This document shows positions 1 through 4,809 of a stretch of DNA of 7,137 nt, piece by piece. The stretch spans positions 1-7,137 of the forward strand of contig CAYXWT010000038.1 of the NCBI GenBank assembly GCA_964468895.1, read 5' to 3'. The position numbers and the translations under genes were made by a program. Under the pieces are notes generated by a model. The model was not told the DNA's origin and made no database searches. It was given only the letters and a program-made list of their open reading frames with translations. Position 1 is the stretch's first letter; every line of letters starts with the position of its first letter. The DNA is from an uncultured archaeon. Lineage in GTDB: Archaea; Iainarchaeota; Iainarchaeia; Iainarchaeales; CSSED10-239.

Positions 1-267
1 TATGGGCATCTAAGAATCGAAAAACAGTTGCTAAATTATTGATCTTTATTAAATCTCAGATCCGCGATCCACTAAGCAATGGTTAACTAACATACTGCTG
101 CTTCCTTCCAGACCTGACAGGGTTAGAAAGTAAAACCATTCTTAATGGACGAATCTTCAGCAATTTAATAAAGGATAATTTAGTACTTATTTCCCTCAAC
201 TTAGATATAACTCCAGCATATGCAGATTTCTGGTACAGGGAACTGCAAACTCCCCAGTCTGCCCATA
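1..267 (-). ncRNA. ffs: Signal recognition particle RNA (archaeal 7S / SRP RNA), apparently full length
   Basis: The minus-strand reading of 95-122 is CCCUGUCAGGUCUGGAAGGAAGCAGCAG. This is the universally conserved SRP RNA helix-8 hairpin with a GGAA tetraloop (plus 106-109) and the AGCAGC side; compare E. coli 4.5S CAGGUCCGGAAGGAAGCAGC. Bases 1-8 (tatgggca) are the perfect complement of 260-267 (tgcccata), giving a terminal helix that closes a ~267-nt molecule in the archaeal 7S size class. The 5' part contains CUGGGGAG...CCCUGUACCAG, which looks like Alu-domain hairpins. The stretch is clearly more G+C-rich than the flanking intergenic DNA and has no ORF. The 3' end sits at the window edge, so a few nt could be missing. 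Confidence 0.8.
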
Positions 268-289
268 AATATATATTTTAAGCGATATA

Positions 290-297
290 TTTATAAA
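290..297 (-). promoter_or_regulatory. Putative archaeal TATA box for the SRP RNA gene
   Basis: The TTTATAAA octamer (its own reverse complement) is centred ~26-27 nt upstream, on the minus strand, of the predicted RNA 5' end at ~267. This is the canonical archaeal TATA-to-TSS spacing. The context is AT-rich, so the motif alone is weak evidence. Confidence 0.45.
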
Positions 298-421
298 CAC
301 TATTATGAATAATATTTACATAGTAGTAATATATGTATTTTTTATGTTATAGTTTAAAATAAGCGTTTTTTATGCTTTTTTTGAGATATAAAAGATAAAA
401 ATATTAGTTTTTCAAAAAAAT

Positions 422-428
422 GAGGTGG
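422..428 (+). promoter_or_regulatory. Shine-Dalgarno site for ftsZ
   Basis: GAGGTGG is complementary to the archaeal/bacterial 16S 3' end (..CCUCC..). It lies 5 nt upstream of the TTG at 434. It is one of the few G-rich strings in the 268-433 intergenic region. Confidence 0.6.
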
Positions 429-433
429 TTTAA

Positions 434-1528
434 TTGAAATCTATTGTAGAAAAAGCAGTAACAAGTAAAAAAGAATCTGATTCTCTAGATTACTTAAAAG
501 AAGGAGAATTTGCTGCACCTAAAATTATGGTTATGGGTATTGGTGGAGCTGGAAACAATTCAGTAAATAGAATTTGTGCTATGGGTGTTAGTGGTGCTGA
601 ATTAGTAGCAATTAATACAGATAGACAACATCTTGGTATTATTTCTGATGATATTACAAAATTATTAATAGGTAAAAGTGTTACTAATGGACTTGGAGCT
701 GGTGCATATCCTGAAATAGGAGCAAAAGCTGCTGAAGTTAGTAAATCTGCTCTTCAAGAAGTTTTAGATGGTATTGACATGTTATTTATTACTGCTGGTA
801 TGGGTGGTGGAACAGGTACTGGTGCTGCTCCAGTTGTTGCTCAAATAGCAAAACAACAAGGAGCTATTGTAATTGCAATAGTAACTTATCCATTTGCTTT
901 AGAAAGAGCAAGATTATTAAAAGCAGAAGATGGTATTGACTTAATGAAAGATATTTGTGATACTGTTGTAGTAATTGACAATAATAGATTAGTAGAATTA
1001 GTTCCAAATTTACCAATGCAAGATGCTTTTAAAGTTGCAGACGAAGTAATTGCTAGAACTGTAAGAGGAATTACTGAAACTATTACACAACCAAGTTTAA
1101 TTAATCTTGATTATGCTGACATTAGAACAGTAATGGGTGGAAAAGGATTAAGTGTTATAGCTGTTGGTGAAAGTCAATCTGTAAACAAAATAGATGAAGT
1201 AGTTGAAGACACTTTAAAGAATGCTCTTTTAGATGTTGATATTACAGGTGCTACTGGTTGTTTATTACATATAACTGGTGGAACTGAATTAACTCTTGGT
1301 GAAGCAAACTCAGTTGGTGAAATGTTAACAGAACAAATCGATGCTAACGCAGCTGTTATTTGGGGTGCTAGAATTGATCCTACTTTTGAAAACAAAATTG
1401 AAGTTATTGCTATCTTTACAGGTGTTAAATCACCTTTTATAAAAGGAAGCAAGAAATTCAGAGGATCAGAAAGTCCAACTTCATCTTCAAGAAGATATGA
1501 TGATGACTTTGGTTTAGATGTATTATAA
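434..1528 (+). CDS. ftsZ: Cell division GTPase FtsZ (archaeal type), 364 aa
   Basis: The tubulin/FtsZ signature GGGTGTG is at 803-823 within [19 protein letters not shown]. The N-terminal GIGGAGNN nucleotide-binding strand-loop, NTD(R)QHL, and the VVIDNNRL and FKVADEV blocks are all typical FtsZ. There is an acidic/hydrophobic C-terminal peptide, DDDFGLDVL. The TTG start immediately follows an in-frame TAA (431-433) and has a well-spaced SD. The next in-frame ATG (527) would delete sequence right up to the first beta strand, so TTG is preferred. Confidence 0.96.
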   Translation: MKSIVEKAVTSKKESDSLDYLKEGEFAAPKIMVMGIGGAGNNSVNRICAMGVSGAELVAINTDRQHLGIISDDITKLLIGKSVTNGLGAGAYPEIGAKAAEVSKSALQEVLDGIDMLFITAGMGGGTGTGAAPVVAQIAKQQGAIVIAIVTYPFALERARLLKAEDGIDLMKDICDTVVVIDNNRLVELVPNLPMQDAFKVADEVIARTVRGITETITQPSLINLDYADIRTVMGGKGLSVIAVGESQSVNKIDEVVEDTLKNALLDVDITGATGCLLHITGGTELTLGEANSVGEMLTEQIDANAAVIWGARIDPTFENKIEVIAIFTGVKSPFIKGSKKFRGSESPTSSSRRYDDDFGLDVL

Positions 1529-1596
1529 ATACATCTAAATTAGATTTTAAAGTATTTATTTTTTAAATACTTTTAAATCGCCTCTTTTTTTATTTT
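1513..1596 (+). terminator. ftsZ 3' end: two hairpins followed by oligo-T tracts
   Basis: Hairpin 1 is a perfect 12-bp stem, 1513-1524 (tttagatgtatt) paired with 1528-1539 (aatacatctaaa), with a 3-nt loop. It spans the TAA stop at 1526-1528. Hairpin 2 is a perfect 10-bp stem, 1549-1558 (aaagtattta) paired with 1564-1573 (taaatacttt), with a TTTTT loop. A T7 run (1585-1591) and a T4 run (1593-1596) follow. Oligo-T tracts are the usual archaeal termination signal. Confidence 0.5.
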
Positions 1597-1702
1597 AAAA
1601 AACAATTTTTGATTTTATATTTATTAAGATTTAGTTCTACTTTTTGTGCTATTTGTATGAAAAAGTAGATTTTTTATATCATTTTTTGTAACAATAGCTA
1701 TA

Positions 1703-1710
1703 TTTATAAA
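1703..1710 (+). promoter_or_regulatory. Putative TATA box for the wHTH-Fic gene (leaderless geometry)
   Basis: TTTATAAA is centred ~26-27 nt upstream of the A of the ATG at 1733. This implies a leaderless or near-leaderless mRNA and favours ATG 1733 over the upstream TTG 1715. No SD-like string precedes either start. Confidence 0.45.
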
Positions 1711-1732
1711 CTTTTTGATATTAAATATATGT

Positions 1733-2968
1733 ATGATTTCAACTAAAGAAATTATTCTTACAATAGGATTAAATAATAAAATTAATATTAAAGATCTGTC
1801 TTTAATATTAAATTCTAGTTATAAGAATGTTTTTAAACATATTAAAAAACTAGAAACTGAAGGTCTTATTTTTAAAAATAAAAACAAAGAATATGAATTA
1901 AAAGAAAGTGTAGAATCTAAATCTTTTTTTTCTTTATTGTATTTTTGTTTTAAAAATAATTTAGATTATAGATTGCTTGTAAATAAAAAAACAGCAGACA
2001 TAATTTATTATTATTATAAAAATAAAAATCTAAATAAGTTTAATAGTTATTACTATAGAGATATATTAAAAACACTAGAAAGATTTAATTTTATTTATAT
2101 TAAATCTAAAAAGCCTTTAAAATTAGTTTTGTTTAATAGTCCATTTTTAAATTTACTTGTGAAATATTTTTTAAATAAAGAATTAAAAATAAATAACTTA
2201 GAAGTTTTAGAAAATATTGATTTGGATAAACTTGATAGTTCTTTATTATTAAACTATAAAAAATATTTGCAGTATAAAAACAAAAATAATAATTTAAATT
2301 TAATTAATGTTAATACCAATTTAAAATTAAATTTAATATATAATAGTTTAAGCTTAGAAGGAAATAATCTTACTTTACCAGAAACAGAAAAAATACTTAA
2401 AAAGAAAATTATTTCAAATGCAAATATTTCAGATATAGAACAAACTTTAGATTATAAAAAAGGCATAGAATTTTTACTTAAAAAAAAAACTATATTAAAC
2501 TTAAAAAATATACTTGAATTTCATAAAATTGTTGCAAATTCACTAACCAATAGTGCAGGATATATTAGAAAAGTAAATGTGAAAATAATACAAAACCCTA
2601 AATTTAAAACCAAACATTGGAAAGATTTAGATTTTCTATTGGAGAACTTATTTAAAAATATAGAGTTAAATTTAAATGATATAAACTATAAAGATATTTT
2701 AGAAATTACAAAGTTTTGTGCTTATATACATAATGAGTTTCAAAGAACACATCCTTTTGAAGATGGAAATAGTAGAACTTCTAGAGCTATTATTGCAAAG
2801 ATATATACTTACTTTGATTTACCTATAATTAATATTCCTATAGGTTTATTTAATGTTTATATGGGTTTAACAAAACTTTCTAAAAAAAGAGATGATAAGC
2901 TATTAGATGTACTTTTAAAAATTATAGTTAATGATACTTTAATTAAAAAAACAAAAAATAAAAATTAA
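1733..2968 (+). CDS. Fic/DOC-family protein with N-terminal winged helix-turn-helix, 411 aa from ATG 1733 (ORF opens at TTG 1715)
   Basis: The Fic active-site motif HPFEDGNSRTSR is at 2750-2785; the consensus is HxFx(D/E)GN(G/K)RxxR. An upstream SLSLEG at 2345-2362 fits the inhibitory-helix motif [S/T]xxxE[G/N]. The N-terminal segment ~1745-1906 (INIKDLSLILNSSYKNVFKHIKKLETEGLIFKNKNKEYELKE) has the helix-turn-helix-wing pattern of MarR/ArsR-like wHTH domains. The ORF is intact despite extreme AT richness. Confidence 0.88.
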   Translation: MISTKEIILTIGLNNKINIKDLSLILNSSYKNVFKHIKKLETEGLIFKNKNKEYELKESVESKSFFSLLYFCFKNNLDYRLLVNKKTADIIYYYYKNKNLNKFNSYYYRDILKTLERFNFIYIKSKKPLKLVLFNSPFLNLLVKYFLNKELKINNLEVLENIDLDKLDSSLLLNYKKYLQYKNKNNNLNLINVNTNLKLNLIYNSLSLEGNNLTLPETEKILKKKIISNANISDIEQTLDYKKGIEFLLKKKTILNLKNILEFHKIVANSLTNSAGYIRKVNVKIIQNPKFKTKHWKDLDFLLENLFKNIELNLNDINYKDILEITKFCAYIHNEFQRTHPFEDGNSRTSRAIIAKIYTYFDLPIINIPIGLFNVYMGLTKLSKKRDDKLLDVLLKIIVNDTLIKKTKNKN

Positions 2969-2976
2969 GATTAAAT

Positions 2977-3918
2977 ATGAAATGTGTAAAAGATTTTATT
3001 TGGAAAAAAGGATTAAGTGTTAAAGAACTAGTTAATAATTATGAAGGAGTTGGTTTTCAATCTCATGAATTGTTTAGAGGTAGCGAACTTATTAAGAAAA
3101 TGAAAAAAAATTCTGCAAAAATTTATTTTAGCTTTACTTCTAATATGGTTACTACTGGTCTAAGAGGTTTTTTTGCTCAAGTAATAAAATATAAAATGTG
3201 TGATGTTATTTGTACTACTACTGGTGCTGTTGAAGAAGATATTATGAAATCTTTTGGAGAAAAGTTTATTTTAGGTTCATTTGCAAGTGATGATAATGAA
3301 CTTTATGAACGTGGAGAAAACAGAGTTGGGAATGTTTTAATAAAAAATGAAAGTTATGAAAGATTTGAAAGTAAAATGCAAGATATGCTTAGTGATATTT
3401 ATGAAACTAAAAAGAAACTAAGTGTAAACCAATTACTTAAAGAAATTGGTTTAAGAATAAAAGATGAAAATTCATTTTTATATCAAGCAGCAATAAATAA
3501 TGTACCTGTATTTTGTCCAGCTATAACTGATGGCTCACTTGGTTTTGATCTTTATTTATTTAAACAAGATCATAAAGATTTTGAAATAGATATTATTAAA
3601 GATTTTTCAGATATTATTTTTACTACTACTCATGATGAAAAAAAAGCAATTATTGCATTAGGTGGTGGAGTTTCAAAACACCATGTTATTTTAACAACAC
3701 TAATAAATGGTGGAGCAGATTATGCTCTTTATATGACTACAGCCAGTGCAACATCAGGAAGTCTTTCAGGAGCTACTACTCAAGAAGCAAAATCTTGGGG
3801 TAAAATAAAAGATGATGCTGATGCAGTAACAGTATATGGAGATGTTACTATTACTTTTCCGTTAGCTATGATAAAAGCACTTGAAGAATTAGTTGAAGAA
3901 AAAATAATTAAAATCTAA
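2977..3918 (+). CDS. dys: Deoxyhypusine synthase, 313 aa
   Basis: The C-terminal block TTQEAKSWGKIK carries the conserved SWGK lysine (3802-3804) that forms the enzyme-butylamine intermediate in DHS. The GGGVSKHH block, TSNMVTTGLRG and the ITDGSLG-type motifs are also characteristic of DHS. The length is typical for the archaeal enzyme. The ATG lies 8 nt after the Fic stop. Confidence 0.94.
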   Translation: MKCVKDFIWKKGLSVKELVNNYEGVGFQSHELFRGSELIKKMKKNSAKIYFSFTSNMVTTGLRGFFAQVIKYKMCDVICTTTGAVEEDIMKSFGEKFILGSFASDDNELYERGENRVGNVLIKNESYERFESKMQDMLSDIYETKKKLSVNQLLKEIGLRIKDENSFLYQAAINNVPVFCPAITDGSLGFDLYLFKQDHKDFEIDIIKDFSDIIFTTTHDEKKAIIALGGGVSKHHVILTTLINGGADYALYMTTASATSGSLSGATTQEAKSWGKIKDDADAVTVYGDVTITFPLAMIKALEELVEEKIIKI

Positions 3919-4207
3919 CATCTAATATTTTTTCTAATTTTTTTTTAATTTTTGGATCTAGTTTTTTAACTTCTTTAATTCCAATTGGATCTTTTTTTAA
4001 AAAATTAATTAATTTTTTTCTAATTTCTGAATTTTTTTTAATATTTTCTTTTAGTTTTTGAAGATTTAAATTTTTTAGAAAATATTTATCTATGTGTGTT
4101 TTATTATCTTTTAGAGTCCTTAAATTTTTTTGTCTGTTATCTTGCTTGAAAATAGCAGGCTCTTTGCGTTTGGAATAATTTCTAAAACCAAGTTTATTAG
4201 GTGTCAT
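3908..4207 (-). CDS. Small lysine-rich basic protein, unknown family (paralog A), 99 aa from ATG 4207 (ORF opens at GTG 4219)
   Basis: The ORF is open on the minus strand, and no competing plus-strand ORF is listed in the supplied track. It aligns along its length with the neighbouring ORF. The shared blocks are HIDKY, KENI, LKK and EVKKL, plus a C-terminal [DG]V[RK]F. There is a synonymous difference in the shared EVKKL block (cta vs tta for Leu), which suggests selection at the protein level. GTGAT lies 7 nt upstream of ATG 4207 and matches the GGTGAT part of the SD consensus. Confidence 0.6.
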   Translation of the reverse strand: MTPNKLGFRNYSKRKEPAIFKQDNRQKNLRTLKDNKTHIDKYFLKNLNLQKLKENIKKNSEIRKKLINFLKKDPIGIKEVKKLDPKIKKKLEKILDVRF

Positions 4208-4292
4208 ATTAATAATCACTTTTAATTTATTTTTAAATTTACACTGCTTTTTTTTAATGTTGTATTGTAATGATTAGATGAAAGTTGTGTTA

Positions 4293-4577
4293 TTAAAATT
4301 TAACACCTAATAAACTTTCAACAATTTTTAATTGATCAGGAGTTAATTTTTTAACTTCATTTCTTCCTACTTCAGTTTTTTTTAAATATTGAATAATTTT
4401 TTCTTTATAGTGAGGTGTTCTTATAATATTTTCTTTAAATCTAGTTAGATTTTGTAAGGCGTATTTATCTATATGTTGTAGTTGTTTTTGTTCTATTTTA
4501 TTTATTTGTGATCTACGTGATATTTTATGTAAATGATTGTAAATATCTAATCCTGCCTTGCCATTAAATTTACTCAT
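4293..4577 (-). CDS. Small lysine-rich basic protein, unknown family (paralog B), 94 aa from ATG 4577 (ORF opens at GTG 4586)
   Basis: It is a paralog of 3908-4207 (see that entry). By eye, about half of the residues are identical over the C-terminal ~60 aa. GTGAT lies 4 nt upstream of ATG 4577 and is SD-like. There is no oligo-T on the minus strand between this gene and paralog A, so the two may be co-transcribed. Confidence 0.62.
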   Translation of the reverse strand: MSKFNGKAGLDIYNHLHKISRRSQINKIEQKQLQHIDKYALQNLTRFKENIIRTPHYKEKIIQYLKKTEVGRNEVKKLTPDQLKIVESLLGVKF

Positions 4578-4636
4578 TAGTATCACTTATTTTGTATTTA
4601 TATTTTTTTAAACTATATTTATTATAATTAAAAACG

Positions 4637-4644
4637 TTTATAAA
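4637..4644 (-). promoter_or_regulatory. Possible TATA box for the small-protein pair
   Basis: TTTATAAA lies in the 4578-4809 divergent intergenic region. Read on the minus strand, it would place a TSS near 4614, giving a ~37-nt leader that includes the GTGAT SD. The motif is palindromic and the region is almost pure A/T, so both direction and function are uncertain. Confidence 0.25.
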
Positions 4645-4774
4645 GTTGTATTTAATTTTAAAATTGGAATTAATATTTTTTAAAAAGTTATTTGAATATA
4701 AAGTATTTATATATATTTTGTGTCTATATAAATATATTTAAGGTGTTTAATTATACTTATTATAATTATAAAAA

Positions 4775-4782
4775 TTTATAAA
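4775..4782 (+). promoter_or_regulatory. Putative TATA box for valS (near-leaderless geometry)
   Basis: TTTATAAA is centred ~31 nt upstream of the ATG at 4810. The predicted TSS is ~4805, so the leader is only ~5 nt, and there is no SD between them. Confidence 0.4.
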
Positions 4783-4809
4783 ATAATATACTATTAAAAA
4801 TGATACATT

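Noticed and set aside
1-267. Alternative reading of the structured RNA as RNase P RNA or as a plus-strand ncRNA
   Set aside because: Neither strand has the RNase P CR-I (GAGGAAAGUCC-like) or CR-V blocks. The minus strand carries the diagnostic SRP helix-8 sequence, and the promoter-like TATA sits on the minus-strand side.
1174-1452. 92-aa minus-strand ORF from the supplied track
   Set aside because: It lies entirely antisense inside ftsZ, whose reading frame is confirmed by strong motifs. Its translation shows no recognisable motif and it has no SD or promoter. It is a shadow ORF.
1715-1732. TTG at 1715 as the Fic start (as in the ORF track)
   Set aside because: The ATG at 1733 sits at leaderless distance from the TATA box at 1703-1710, whereas the TTG would begin only 5 nt after the box. 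The six extra residues (MILNIC) add nothing recognisable. I kept it as an alternative but it is not preferred.
2480-2489. A10 homopolymer inside the Fic gene (and similar A/T runs at 1924-1931, 3103-3110 and 3941-3949) as slipped-strand phase-variation switches
   Set aside because: The runs encode Lys (AAA) or Phe (TTT) strings, which are expected in genes of this composition. All affected ORFs are currently in frame, and a single sequence gives no evidence of length variation.
4287-4306. Small hairpin gtgtta-N8-taacac spanning the stop codon of paralog B
   Set aside because: The stem is only 6 bp with an 8-nt loop. This is too weak to distinguish from chance, unlike the 12-bp ftsZ palindrome.
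3908-4586. The two small ORFs as a toxin-antitoxin pair with each other
   Set aside because: They are paralogs of each other (same blocks, same length), not two different partners. There is no recognisable toxin fold or motif.
4704-4736. Inverted repeat atttatata / tatataaat in the divergent intergenic region
   Set aside because: It is composed only of A/T in a region that is almost pure A/T. A 9-bp match of this kind is expected by chance, and it is not distinguishable from TATA-like background.
4741-4753. aggtgtttaatta, a near copy of the ftsZ ribosome-binding region (aggtggtttaattg, 423-436), in the valS upstream region
   Set aside because: No start codon or ORF follows; the next codons run into TAA within ~15 nt. 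It lies upstream of the predicted valS TATA box. It is most likely chance, or a decayed relic.
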